The notes beneath the pieces were generated by a model. It searched no databases. It saw nothing but the letters and a program-made list of their open reading frames with translations, and had not been told where the DNA came from. 64,000 nt of DNA from a virus. The stretch is from positions 1 to 64,000 of the IMG/VR virus record IMGVR_UViG_3300010413_000017, one strand, 5' to 3'. The position numbers and the translations under genes were made by a program. Of this stretch, positions 38,844 through 48,481 are shown one piece after another (the stretch's first letter is position 1; each line of letters opens with the position of its first letter).

Positions 38844-39361
38844 TTTACAGTCCCCAAAAACGGAGCGTTTTTATCTCTTTCACTCAGTATAGGGTTCTTT
38901 ATCGGCCACGGAACACAGAGTGCCGGGTCGAGTGGATGAATGGTGAACTGATTTTGTGCCCCCAGATAGAGCTGGGATTGTTTATACCAAAATAGAGCTT
39001 CGTCGCTTAGTACCTGATGAGCAAGGCCATACTTAGGAGGAATAAAAAGTTGCTTTCTATTAAACTCGTCAATTTGGAACATCTCCCACTTCAAGTAGTG
39101 TTTATTTTTTGGGTCGGCTACAACAACGACGACTACTAAGCTACCCAATAAACACGAGACCAACTTGTATGTGCTCTCGTCTCCGTGAAACCCACGGATG
39201 ACCCCATGTTTCGATTTGCTTAAATCGTCCTCTTTCCAGTGCGCATCGAGCCCAACAGGAGTTTTGGCGTTCCACAAGTTAACATACTCCCCTCTGTGGT
39301 CCTTAAAGATTTCAGGGGTGAGTATTAGGACTCCGGGCAGTAACGTTTTTCTAATCTTCAT
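38840..39361 (-). CDS. rmlC: NDP-4-keto-sugar 3,5-epimerase (RmlC-like cupin)
   Basis: FKDHRG, S..GVIRGFH, KLV.C, QLFIP...AH and LSERD motifs. Confidence 0.88.
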   Translation of the reverse strand: MKIRKTLLPGVLILTPEIFKDHRGEYVNLWNAKTPVGLDAHWKEDDLSKSKHGVIRGFHGDESTYKLVSCLLGSLVVVVVVADPKNKHYLKWEMFQIDEFNRKQLFIPPKYGLAHQVLSDEALFWYKQSQLYLGAQNQFTIHPLDPALCVPWPIKNPILSERDKNAPFLGTVK

Positions 39362-39533
39362 CCATCACCTGTTCGTTTAAGTTGTCTGTGTAAGTAAACA
39401 GGGCAGAATAGGCTGACTGCTTTGTTAAGTACGGACCTAACACTCTTCCGTGTTGGCCAGTAAACCACCACTTGTTGTCGTGGAAATAGACTTCCGCCAT
39501 TTCCCAAGTCCACTTTTCTTTTTTTTGGTACAT
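39351..39533 (-). CDS. Hypothetical protein
   Basis: WWF...GPY.TK..A pattern of small phage proteins. Confidence 0.4.
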   Translation of the reverse strand: MYQKKEKWTWEMAEVYFHDNKWWFTGQHGRVLGPYLTKQSAYSALFTYTDNLNEQVMDED

Positions 39534-39536
39534 TTT

Positions 39537-39803
39537 TTAGTGTCTTGTGAATGTATCGAACGCCGACGCTTCTGCTCTAGCTTTTTCAAGGAAAGCTTGT
39601 ATTTCCTCTTCACCGAACAGCTGTTCTAGCACTACAGAGCAACCTAGAATTGCAGTCATATACGCTGTCACGACAAGCTCGAGTCCGGGTGATCGTTCTC
39701 CTGAAAACCAGTGTGAGATAGGAGTTAGGAGTTCCTTCGCAATTTCCTGTGACATAGCGTGAGCGGCTTCAATTAATTCGGATTTTGTAAGTGTGTCTGT
39801 CAT
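39537..39803 (-). CDS. Hypothetical protein
   Basis: RBS and ORF in operon order. Confidence 0.5.
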   Translation of the reverse strand: MTDTLTKSELIEAAHAMSQEIAKELLTPISHWFSGERSPGLELVVTAYMTAILGCSVVLEQLFGEEEIQAFLEKARAEASAFDTFTRH

Positions 39804-39969
39804 TCATTTTCTCCTGTGTCTTTGATAAAACACAAATCTCGCTCATTTGTATGCGAGTCCATTCCTACCGAGTAAAGCGTCCAGTCGTTTTGAATCAGAA
39901 GATTTTTTAGACGTAGTTCTAAGTCCGACTCGATTGGACCGTCATAGAGCACTACCAGTCTGCGTTCTG

Positions 39970-40944
39970 TCATGTCACAACCACCCTACTCCCAAAGAAT
40001 TCAAGTTTAAGTGGGATTTGTATGTAATCGTGCAGAGCTGAGACAAGTGACTGTCTCTTTTCGGGAGGGACGCAGAATAGGAAGAAACCACCGCCGCCAG
40101 CTCCTAGAAGTTTCCCGCCTACTGCCCCTGCTTTGAGTCCCTGTTCATAAAGGGCGTCAATTTCGTCTGTCGTTGTCGCGGGGCTGAGTTTCTTCTTGTG
40201 TTGCCAACTTAGGTCTAGCAACTCACCAATCATCACCGGGTTATCTGCGTGGAGAGCTTTAACTCCAGCATCGACGTATTCTGTTAAGATACTCATATCT
40301 ACCTTTGGGTCATACGAGCTAGCTACGTCGCTGGCTATCTTCGGGCGAAGTCCTGCAAAAATAAGAAGCAGATGGTTCTCCAAATTGCGTATCTTTTGAA
40401 GTGGAGCCAGCACAGGCTCGACTTCGAACTCGAAGCCATCGTCACCGCTCTGAAAAAAGGAGATTTTGTTAAGTCCTCCAAACGCAACAGCAACTTGGTC
40501 TTGGTTCCCTACCTTTTCTCCCAACACATTACGTTCGATGTGAATAGCTTCAGAGGCCAGTAACTTTGGATGAGGTTGGTATCCGCCTGTCAGATTGTAC
40601 ATAGCGTTCACCATTCCAACTGTGAAGGCAGAACTGCTACCTAGCCCACCTCCGGCAGGCAAGTCTCCGTGGTGGAAAACCTCTACTCCGTTTACTTGGT
40701 AGTACTGTAGTACACCCCTGACTACTGGGTGCTGAATCTCCTCGGGTGTATTTGTTGTTTCCATGCGCGAGTATACGACTTTGTTCTTGTAGGGGAACAT
40801 CTGTGGCAACCAACGCAACAGAATATAACAGTACTTGTCAATGGTAAAGCTTAACACTCTACCCCCGTGTTGCTTGTACCAGTCAGGATAGTCAGTTCCT
40901 CCACCCAACAACGAAACCCTATACGGTGTCTTGGAAAGTATCAT
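39970..40944 (-). CDS. hddA: GHMP sugar kinase, HddA-like (heptose-7-phosphate kinase family)
   Basis: SKTPYRVSLLGGGTD, GLGSSSAF, GNQDQ and GGKLLGAGGGGF motifs; start at 40944. Confidence 0.88.
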   Translation of the reverse strand: MILSKTPYRVSLLGGGTDYPDWYKQHGGRVLSFTIDKYCYILLRWLPQMFPYKNKVVYSRMETTNTPEEIQHPVVRGVLQYYQVNGVEVFHHGDLPAGGGLGSSSAFTVGMVNAMYNLTGGYQPHPKLLASEAIHIERNVLGEKVGNQDQVAVAFGGLNKISFFQSGDDGFEFEVEPVLAPLQKIRNLENHLLLIFAGLRPKIASDVASSYDPKVDMSILTEYVDAGVKALHADNPVMIGELLDLSWQHKKKLSPATTTDEIDALYEQGLKAGAVGGKLLGAGGGGFFLFCVPPEKRQSLVSALHDYIQIPLKLEFFGSRVVVT

Positions 40945-41569
40945 ACGCCTGTTGTAGTCCCTCCGGGGTACCAATGTCAATAAAGTGCGGGCCTTCGTAC
41001 AGAGCAATATCTGCCGGAATAAGTTCCTCCCTGTCCGTGCCCCCTAAGTTAACTATGTCATGGAAGACGTCAGAATACATCAGCCAGATGCCCGCGTTCA
41101 CTCCTTTATGACTGACAATTGTCCATTCCTGACTAGCTTCTCTGTGCCAGTTTTCCAACACATCCAAATCAATCGGACAGAAGGTATCTCCGTTTATCAC
41201 CAAAAGCAAGTCTTCGGAGAGGTAGGGTAATGCTTCACGTATCCCAGAAACTGTGCCGCTACGCTCACCTTCTGTAAAAACCACGGGCGTTCCTCGACGG
41301 AATAGTGTTGGGGAAGGTCGGTCTAAGTTGTTAACTGTCCAAGTATACCTGTCTGGAAAATAAGATACAAGAGCGTTCCTGACTCGCTTTGTTTTGTCGC
41401 TACAGCAAAAAACGAAACCCCTAACATCAAAGCTACTTAAGTGATCTACCATATACAGAACAAAAGGCTTTCCGTGAACAGGATAAACACACTTTGGAAT
41501 GTCGGCCGTAATATGCTTGAGACGAGTTCCTTCTCCTCCGCAAAGGATAATCACTTGGACGCTAGACAT
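40919..41569 (-). CDS. hddC: Sugar-1-phosphate nucleotidyltransferase, HddC-like
   Basis: ILCGGEGTRL, PK, INGDT and FIDIGTPE motifs. Confidence 0.8.
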   Translation of the reverse strand: MSSVQVIILCGGEGTRLKHITADIPKCVYPVHGKPFVLYMVDHLSSFDVRGFVFCCSDKTKRVRNALVSYFPDRYTWTVNNLDRPSPTLFRRGTPVVFTEGERSGTVSGIREALPYLSEDLLLVINGDTFCPIDLDVLENWHREASQEWTIVSHKGVNAGIWLMYSDVFHDIVNLGGTDREELIPADIALYEGPHFIDIGTPEGLQQAYDTFQDTV

Positions 41570-42488
41570 TACGCCAAACCTCTGTTTGGGGCATCATGCT
41601 GTACGCCACCATCAGTTCCTGAATTCCATCCTCCAAACAGTATATAGCTGTGAAACCGGCTTTTTGAAGCTTCTTGTTCGATACAACATAATTACGTTTA
41701 TCTGGGTCGATTGTTCGCGCCGAGGTAAATATTTCACATTTTGTGTAGAATTTAACAATTTCGGCCAGTTCGAGCTTGGAAAGGTTAGCTGCTTCTAGCC
41801 CCACATTATATGCCTGACCAATCATACGCTCCCAGTTCTTGAGACAAAAGAGCAAGCAACCGACTACATCCTTAATATGAACATAGTTTCTTTTGTAATG
41901 CGGCTCGTATAAAACAACGCTCCTTAAACGCATGGCGTCGTAAACAAGTCCATTAACAAGTAAGTCCCACCGCATTCTTGCAGAGGGACCGAAGACTGTT
42001 GCTAAGCGCAAAGATATTGTTTTTGGATGGTATTGTAACAGAAAGCGTTCCGCCTCTACTTTATGAAGGCCATACTCCGAGATGGGTTCGAGGGGAGTTT
42101 CCTCTGTACAATGCTTCACACCTGATTTTGCACCATAACCACTATTTGTATTTGGATAAACAATTAACGTGTCTTTTAGTCCAACAAGATGTTCTACAGC
42201 ATCCTTGTTAATAGCTTCACTTAAGTCTGGATCCTTTCGACAAGCAGGGGCTCCAACAATACCTGCTAGGGGAATAATTATATCGGCTGATTGATAGAGT
42301 GGCTCTACTTGTCTATCCCTAACATCTAGCTTATAGAAAGAAAAGGACGGGTTGTCTACATGCCCAAGTAGACTTGTTTGATTGTAGAGTAGAGAATCAA
42401 CAGCAATTACTGTATAATTCTCCTGAAGGAGTTTCGGAACAAGGACAGACCCAATGTAACCAGCGGCTCCAGTAACTAATACCCTCAT
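41562..42488 (-). CDS. NAD-dependent NDP-sugar epimerase/dehydratase/reductase (extended SDR)
   Basis: TGAAGYIG, YGLHK (YxxxK) and LRLATVFG motifs. Confidence 0.9.
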   Translation of the reverse strand: MRVLVTGAAGYIGSVLVPKLLQENYTVIAVDSLLYNQTSLLGHVDNPSFSFYKLDVRDRQVEPLYQSADIIIPLAGIVGAPACRKDPDLSEAINKDAVEHLVGLKDTLIVYPNTNSGYGAKSGVKHCTEETPLEPISEYGLHKVEAERFLLQYHPKTISLRLATVFGPSARMRWDLLVNGLVYDAMRLRSVVLYEPHYKRNYVHIKDVVGCLLFCLKNWERMIGQAYNVGLEAANLSKLELAEIVKFYTKCEIFTSARTIDPDKRNYVVSNKKLQKAGFTAIYCLEDGIQELMVAYSMMPQTEVWRNV

Positions 42489-43081
42489 GCGATAGATGAG
42501 ACTCCGTTATGTTGATGTACTTTGAACACTTTGTCTGCTCCCTCTGTAAGCTCACGAGAGTGGGAAATCATAATTATTTGTATATTGAGTTTATATGCTA
42601 ACTGTTTTAACATTGCAAGTGATTTCTGATGTAAATCCCCAGATAAATGCTTAAAAGGCTCATCCAACACCAGAACAGGTCTGTTTTTGTTAAGGGACCA
42701 CAAACTCAATCTGAGTCCAAATGATGCTACATCAATTGGACCGCCCCCCGTGGCGTCTGTAGGTCTGATTAAGTATCCGTTTTTCTCAAACCATAGGTCG
42801 CACTCTGTTTTACCGCGCCGAAGGACAAATTCAGTTTTAAACTTATAAGGATTATCGAAGACCGTTTCCAAGGCAAGTGAGACTATATCAGAGATAAAAA
42901 ACTCAAGTTGCTGTTGGGTTTGCTGAGCTATAAGACGCAGAATCTCTTTTGCTTGCTCAATGTCCTCCTGCTGAAGTTTTAGGTTTTTTAGTTCTGCGTT
43001 GAGTTCGCGACGTTCTTGGATGAGCCTGTTGAACTTGCCGCGTTCTTGTTCAACCTCTTGCCTGAGCTGATTGAGCATCAC
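42485..43081 (-). CDS. SbcC/Rad50 C-terminal half
   Basis: Coiled coil, signature-like TGGG, Walker B LVLDEP, ISH switch; no Walker A. Confidence 0.85.
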   Translation of the reverse strand: MMLNQLRQEVEQERGKFNRLIQERRELNAELKNLKLQQEDIEQAKEILRLIAQQTQQQLEFFISDIVSLALETVFDNPYKFKTEFVLRRGKTECDLWFEKNGYLIRPTDATGGGPIDVASFGLRLSLWSLNKNRPVLVLDEPFKHLSGDLHQKSLAMLKQLAYKLNIQIIMISHSRELTEGADKVFKVHQHNGVSSIA

Positions 43082-43260
43082 TCTCCGGTTCCACCTTCGT
43101 CTCTGTTTGCCCTAGATTCATCAGAAGGACGTTTAAACATGGTACACCATTTTTCCACTTGGCGCTCAGAAACGACCAAGTAAACATCTTTCTCTACCTC
43201 TAGGGCCACCTCTGGGCCAGAGAACATCGTGGTAGCGAGAAATTTAAAATAATCAGCCAT
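43078..43260 (-). CDS. Hypothetical protein
   Basis: ORF in operon order. Confidence 0.4.
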   Translation of the reverse strand: MADYFKFLATTMFSGPEVALEVEKDVYLVVSERQVEKWCTMFKRPSDESRANRDEGGTGE

Positions 43261-43396
43261 TAGTCAAACTCACCAGCACGGTACCAGCTCGGATAAACAA
43301 TAGCAACAACTACCGCTCCCCAAAACAAATACATAGGGGCTTTAGGAAACATAAGGCTTAGCAGAGCAGATACTATTACTCCAAGTAGAAAGTTTT

Positions 43397-44227
43397 TCAT
43401 GTTCCCCTCCGCATTTGTGCTAGTTCCCAGACATACTTGTAGAGATGTAACCCTTTACTGCTCGCGACAATCTCACCATCCTCAACACCGACCTCGCTCG
43501 CCATGTACTCTTTTAGGACTTGAATTGCCGCTAAATTAGCCGGGAAGCCGCCCCACAAATCCCATGACCGGAAGTATGGAAAAAAGTGAAGCTTACCATC
43601 CTGAATGCGAGTATCAATATGCCGAAGGCAGGGTGGGTCTGTTAGAAGGATATCTTGGGGTTGTGCTATCTGGAGCACCATCTGGTTGTTACGATAACCG
43701 TGCTTTTTATAGGTTGTTATCACATGTTGAATCTGATCTACACTGTCAAGAGGGAGAATTCCTTTTTGTAGGTTGCTGTATTCTTCCACGTTTGAGCAGA
43801 GTTCAGTAGTTCCGCATAAGCATGGCCCATCACTGACACCTTTTGAGGAAAGCCGTTTGACGGCCTTATCGGATATGTACCTATGTCCACACAGTCTACT
43901 CCCGTAGGTGTAATCCTCGCCTTCTTCTTTGTGGCAAGACATGAGGTATTCGATGTACGGTCTACCCTTGTAGTCAGGATGGTCACCCAACACATAGCCG
44001 GGGTCAACTGGGTTGGGTATGCCGTAATGGGAAGGTATCTGAGGTTCAAGTGGACGAGTGTTAGGGTGGGTGATGTGCACAGTGATGTAATCGAACTCTA
44101 GGCGGTAATCTCCTGCATAACTCCCACGGTCAATCTTAAATTTCCGACCGTGGTCTAGAGCGGCGAACACACACTGGTGCCACGCATCGTTTAGGTCTGT
44201 GGCTTTTATGAAGACTGGGTTAAGCAT
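43397..44227 (-). CDS. thyA: Thymidylate synthase family enzyme (dUMP-type)
   Basis: YTYG.RL, DQI, DPPCLR (catalytic Cys), RSWD...GFPAN (Asn) and LHLY motifs. Confidence 0.85.
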   Translation of the reverse strand: MLNPVFIKATDLNDAWHQCVFAALDHGRKFKIDRGSYAGDYRLEFDYITVHITHPNTRPLEPQIPSHYGIPNPVDPGYVLGDHPDYKGRPYIEYLMSCHKEEGEDYTYGSRLCGHRYISDKAVKRLSSKGVSDGPCLCGTTELCSNVEEYSNLQKGILPLDSVDQIQHVITTYKKHGYRNNQMVLQIAQPQDILLTDPPCLRHIDTRIQDGKLHFFPYFRSWDLWGGFPANLAAIQVLKEYMASEVGVEDGEIVASSKGLHLYKYVWELAQMRRGT

Positions 44228-44424
44228 TACTCCTCCACAGGAAAGAATTCAGCGCACGCTGGAGTGTGAGAAAGCACTCGGCGGTAGAAGACTCTAAAGG
44301 GTTCAGACGCAGTCGTTGGAGGGAATCTTCTGCAATCCCCAAAGTAAGAACCGTCTGCGGCAACAAAGTAGTCACACACAACACATGTCTTGTCTTTCCA
44401 ACTTAACCTACTGATTGATAGCAC
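44227..44424 (-). CDS. Small Cys-rich protein
   Basis: C..C...G.CRRFPP...C.EF motif typical of small phage proteins. Confidence 0.6.
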   Translation of the reverse strand: MLSISRLSWKDKTCVVCDYFVAADGSYFGDCRRFPPTTASEPFRVFYRRVLSHTPACAEFFPVEE

Positions 44425-44434
44425 TGTCTCCTCC

Positions 44435-45127
44435 TTACAGTGAGACTCCTAGCGCATCCGCAGTTTGTGGTCCAACTTCACCATCCACAACAAGGCCGTT
44501 AACCTCTTGGAACCTGACAACAGCGTTGTGTGTCATCGGCCCAAAGACAGCGTCAATCTGACCTTCGTAGAACCCATCATCTCTGAGTTCCCTTTGAATG
44601 GCGGCAACAACGTCGCCTCTCATGTACGGAGTTGTCAGTCTGTAGATTTGAGTTTGCGGGGGTGTGATGTCGGGTATGTCTCCCTGAGTAGCATCATAGT
44701 TAATCCAAGGGATGAGGATTCCTGTTGTCCATCTTCGTCCAGCAATCACGTGTTGGATTACTCCGCGTTTGGAAGAGTAGGCTTCAATCGTCCCTCCCTT
44801 TCCATCAGAGATTGCTATGTGGCCGACTTTCGTACCTAGACGTAAAACAAATGCGCCTGGTGTTTTGGCGGCAAGTGCTATAGAGATTTTCGTTCCGAGG
44901 TTATCAGCATCTTCCCCCCACTTGCCTGTGAATGAATCTGCTGTTTCTGGCATTGTTCCAAAACACCCGTAGAGCCGTTGTGAGACTTGATAAACAGCCC
45001 ACGAGCAGAATTCAGCACAGTCCCACGGACCGTGCCAGTTTGGGTCGTTCTTAGGCGCAACTGCCCCAAATACGTAGGCTTCGCCAATATGTGGCTCTGC
45101 CACTTCGATGATTTTGTTACTTGTCAT
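44435..45127 (-). CDS. Endolysin: CHAP/NlpC-P60 catalytic domain plus peptidoglycan-binding domain
   Basis: WDCAEFCSW and GHIAISDG motifs; C-terminal G..V..IQ..L...ID..FGP.T..AV..FQ...GL.VDG.VGPQT. Confidence 0.88.
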   Translation of the reverse strand: MTSNKIIEVAEPHIGEAYVFGAVAPKNDPNWHGPWDCAEFCSWAVYQVSQRLYGCFGTMPETADSFTGKWGEDADNLGTKISIALAAKTPGAFVLRLGTKVGHIAISDGKGGTIEAYSSKRGVIQHVIAGRRWTTGILIPWINYDATQGDIPDITPPQTQIYRLTTPYMRGDVVAAIQRELRDDGFYEGQIDAVFGPMTHNAVVRFQEVNGLVVDGEVGPQTADALGVSL

Positions 45128-45485
45128 TGGTAGCGTCTCCTTGCTCGTATTTGACTAGCCAAGTCGGTTTTCTCGACTTGATCATTATATTTAACATGCT
45201 TTTGGTTCCTTTGCTTTGTCCATCCCAGATGATTATAGCCGCGTCTGCGTATTGTTCCATCTCCTTGTTGCGGATAGGGCCAGCTCTTTTTCCGTATTTC
45301 TCCCAGTCCGCAGGGAATTCTTTCACTGGAATCCCGTTCTCTTTGGCCCATTTATACCCCAACATATCAACCCCCCGAGCCATTCCACAGACAACTTCTG
45401 TAATCTCGGAAGGGTATTTTTTAATTATAGAATGGAAAATCCGTTCCGATGTAAACGACCTCGGACCAGCAATTATTGTTTTCAT
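45117..45485 (-). CDS. SLOG-superfamily (YspA/DUF2493-like) protein
   Basis: IIAGPR, G.ARGVD, ADWEKYGKRAGPIRN and WDGQSKGTK.M motifs. Confidence 0.88.
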   Translation of the reverse strand: MKTIIAGPRSFTSERIFHSIIKKYPSEITEVVCGMARGVDMLGYKWAKENGIPVKEFPADWEKYGKRAGPIRNKEMEQYADAAIIIWDGQSKGTKSMLNIMIKSRKPTWLVKYEQGDATNDK

Positions 45486-45820
45486 TCCTGTCCTCGCACT
45501 GTTGTTACAGCAGCGGCATGTTCTCCAAAGTCCCTAAATCCAGCACATTGGTAGTATGAGGTGTTGCATTTATCGCACAATATGGTTATTGAGTCGTAAC
45601 TTTCATAGCTGGACAGACAGTCAACTTCATTACAAGCAGGGCATTTAAGGCTTCCAAGAACGAAACCTAGGAGCTTACACCGGAAAGACGTCACGCTCCA
45701 TTTGTCCTGCATTGGAAACGACTTAATATTCCATGTTTTCTTACGACAAATTTCTTGCATCATGTGAAATATAGAAGGATACAGAAACAACCGCCAAAGT
45801 AGTCCTTTCTTCTTGTTCAC
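45482..45820 (-). CDS. Zn-finger hypothetical protein
   Basis: CPAC...CDKC. Confidence 0.45.
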   Translation of the reverse strand: MNKKKGLLWRLFLYPSIFHMMQEICRKKTWNIKSFPMQDKWSVTSFRCKLLGFVLGSLKCPACNEVDCLSSYESYDSITILCDKCNTSYYQCAGFRDFGEHAAAVTTVRGQE

Positions 45821-45829
45821 CGCTTTTCC

Positions 45830-46063
45830 TCACTGCCAAGTATAGACTAGCCAAGCCGCACCGAAACACAGCCCAATCAGGACAGCTCCAGTGATTGCTC
45901 CAACCAACGCTTTTTTCCACAGCGGCCAGTCCTCCCCTGAGATGAAGACTATAGCGCCGACGACCCAAAGTATATTAGCTACATACAGCATACCTGCTTG
46001 AATGTGTTTTTTAACTTTTTCTTTGTTTATCCATTCAGGTTTCTGGATTAGGTTCATCATCAA
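45830..46063 (-). CDS. Small two-TM membrane protein
   Basis: Two hydrophobic helices. Confidence 0.5.
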   Translation of the reverse strand: MMMNLIQKPEWINKEKVKKHIQAGMLYVANILWVVGAIVFISGEDWPLWKKALVGAITGAVLIGLCFGAAWLVYTWQ

Positions 46064-46179
46064 TCCTTCTTTGGCAGTTCTCTAAACATTGCTGGCACGT
46101 TACCCGTGTCAAATCCGTAGTCATACGCAGGGGTCTATGGAACAAACTACGTTTGTCACACCAAGTGACAAAGTCGTCT

Positions 46180-46440
46180 TTAATATAATGAACGAGTGCC
46201 GCCAAGTTCCTTTCTCACTTCTTCGATGGCTTTTTCAATTTGGGTTTTAAGTTCTTCAACTTCTTGGCTGAGTTCTTTTGCGTATTCTTCCGCTTCCTCT
46301 TTGCTATCGCAATCATAGTTAGCGAGTTGTCTGTAGAGCTCATCTAAGCGTCCTTTTGCTTCTGCTTGAGCAAGCTTTTTTTGTTCAAGCTGTTCTTTTA
46401 GGTTGAGTAGTTTTGTGGCTAAGACTTTCGAGTGTGTCAC
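46180..46440 (-). CDS. Coiled-coil protein (possible middle piece of the split SbcC)
   Basis: Heptad-rich; directly follows the SbcD-like gene. Confidence 0.55.
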   Translation of the reverse strand: MTHSKVLATKLLNLKEQLEQKKLAQAEAKGRLDELYRQLANYDCDSKEEAEEYAKELSQEVEELKTQIEKAIEEVRKELGGTRSLY

Positions 46441-47320
46441 CCAAGCATCTCCTTACAAGTGTTTGAACTGAATCTGAGACAGAGTTATGTGCAAGAAAGA
46501 TTTCTAAGTTGCGCTCAAAACTTACACCTACTTCGTAACCTGTTTGTAGGTGTTCTATAAAACTGGCTATCCGAGCCTCACGTTCGGCTTTGCTAACAGA
46601 CTGTGTCATGTCGAAGACATCATCGTCGATGGGTAAGTAGATAAATTTGTTCTGTTCCACATCATAAACACAGGGCTTGTGGTCTACTTGGTCAATAGAC
46701 ATTCTCATCATGCTCCCTGGATTGATGTGGCGGCGTTTACGCGTTGTTTCGATAAAGGTTTGATGATTGTCCCCTGTTATAACTAAATCATACTGTCTGA
46801 GGCGTCTCAGCACCTGTCCGGCAATTGTAGCCTTTTGGCCAGGCCAAAGTTCTTCCCCTTTACGAATAACCAAGTGGTGCCAGATTAGCACCTTAGTAAA
46901 GTTTGAAATATCACCTTCAATCTCAGAGGAAGGGTTTTTACCAAATGGACAACCAAACAAGGCGTACTGTTCATAGAAGTAGGGCTCGCTAGGATGAATT
47001 AAAATGTTTACGAGTCCAGCTGCCTGTAGAATACCTAGGCCGCTATCGTCCAACCTGTTCAGTGAGTGGTAGGGCATATCGTGCTGGCCCGGTATGACAA
47101 TAGGAACAACATCGTAGTGAATGAGCGCGTCGATAACCCACCGAATAAGAGGAATGGGTGGTCTAGCCTTGTGGAAGAAGTCTCCTGCTACAACAAGAGG
47201 CGAGTTCTGTCTAGCTAATTCTAGGAGAGTAAAAAACTTCTTTTCTTGGGCTTGCCAGTAATCATCCTTTCGAGCTGTGGGTTTATCGTGTCGAAGGTGG
47301 ATATCAGCAACGGCAATCAC
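46385..47320 (-). CDS. SbcD/Mre11 metallophosphoesterase nuclease
   Basis: ADIH, AGDFF, PGQHD, GDNH and NPGS motifs. Confidence 0.9.
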   Translation of the reverse strand: MIAVADIHLRHDKPTARKDDYWQAQEKKFFTLLELARQNSPLVVAGDFFHKARPPIPLIRWVIDALIHYDVVPIVIPGQHDMPYHSLNRLDDSGLGILQAAGLVNILIHPSEPYFYEQYALFGCPFGKNPSSEIEGDISNFTKVLIWHHLVIRKGEELWPGQKATIAGQVLRRLRQYDLVITGDNHQTFIETTRKRRHINPGSMMRMSIDQVDHKPCVYDVEQNKFIYLPIDDDVFDMTQSVSKAEREARIASFIEHLQTGYEVGVSFERNLEIFLAHNSVSDSVQTLVRRCLGDTLESLSHKTTQPKRTA

Positions 47321-48261
47321 AGTTTCACCGCCTTCTGTTTATTCGCTCCACCACTAGCAAACAGGGTTGGGTTTATTGTATGCCCACACAAAGGACATAG
47401 ATTTGGGCACAACGACTTTAATCTGTTTTGGTATGTAACAAATTCCCCTTTTAGTCTCTCGAGTTCGGCATCTTGTTTTTGCATGTGTTGGAGTAGTGAA
47501 ACAAGGCGTTGATATTGTGCCTCTTTGTGTTGCAGTTGTTCAAGTTTAAGTTCTATGTCGGAGAGGCTAATGTCAGGCACACATATATTATCCAGTTTAT
47601 CCGTACAGATTTCAATCTCTTTTATGAGTTTAACTATTTCGCTAGCAGTTTTTTGGCTGTTGGTTTGTTTTGTATGAGCGTTAGATATAACTGTCAACTG
47701 CGTATCAATCCACCCAAAGTCTGGCGACTTGGCAATCTCCTCATTGCGTTGTTCAATTTCTTTTTGGACGTGAGTTAACTTAGTTTTTGTGTCAGTTTCA
47801 AGCTTCTGTATCTGGGAAAGAGATTCATCTATCTTATCTAGGCTGACTACCCTGTTCAATGTTCTTGCAACAAAACCCGGACTTTCATCAAGTAGAAACG
47901 GACTGTCTAGTTGATATTGAATGTTGCGCTCGTCTATCTGAGTAAGTTCAACTATTTCAGACGGAACTTCCTGTCCAAACCCAACAAGCTCCTGCTCGTT
48001 GATAACATAACAGTTTCGTGCCTCGTTTCTAACCCTTGCTAATGTTATGTTATCTAGCACAACTTGAACAGAAGCAGTCTTAGCCCAGTGAGAAATGAAC
48101 TCAGCCCCAGCAGGTCTGTTGTGGAATACCCAACGGAGGGCACGTACAACAGAACTCTTGCCTACATCGCTCGAACCCACAATCACATTGACTCCTGGAC
48201 AGAAGGTCAGCGTAGAGGCTTTGTGAGACTGAAAATTATTCAGCGTCAGGGAGTGAATCAT
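47317..48261 (-). CDS. SbcC/Rad50 N-terminal half
   Basis: NFQSH, Walker A GSSDVGKS, coiled coil, ends at Zn-hook CPLCG. Confidence 0.88.
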   Translation of the reverse strand: MIHSLTLNNFQSHKASTLTFCPGVNVIVGSSDVGKSSVVRALRWVFHNRPAGAEFISHWAKTASVQVVLDNITLARVRNEARNCYVINEQELVGFGQEVPSEIVELTQIDERNIQYQLDSPFLLDESPGFVARTLNRVVSLDKIDESLSQIQKLETDTKTKLTHVQKEIEQRNEEIAKSPDFGWIDTQLTVISNAHTKQTNSQKTASEIVKLIKEIEICTDKLDNICVPDISLSDIELKLEQLQHKEAQYQRLVSLLQHMQKQDAELERLKGEFVTYQNRLKSLCPNLCPLCGHTINPTLFASGGANKQKAVKL

Positions 48262-48469
48262 CTATTTTTCCTGCTGTAAACAGATTTAGAATAGCGTTTT
48301 CTTTCCCACAATGTTCGCATCTGAACGTTGTGAAGTCTGACGACGGAGCGTAATAGACTTCTGAGTTCATATAGCCACAGTAAGCGCACTCTAGGTACAG
48401 AAACCATCGGTCACCCATTTTGTTCTCCTTTTCGTGTACAAAGTTGTCCGCCACGCCGAATCCGGTCAA
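48236..48469 (-). CDS. Small Zn-ribbon protein
   Basis: CAYCG...CEHCG; true start probably the internal MGDRW. Confidence 0.5.
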   Translation of the reverse strand: MTGFGVADNFVHEKENKMGDRWFLYLECAYCGYMNSEVYYAPSSDFTTFRCEHCGKENAILNLFTAGKIDDSLPDAE

Positions 48470-48481
48470 TCATATAAGGGG

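Noticed and set aside
43397-44227. dCMP hydroxymethylase (T4 gp42 type)
   Set aside because: The specificity residue is Asn (FPAN), as in dUMP-acting enzymes, not Asp
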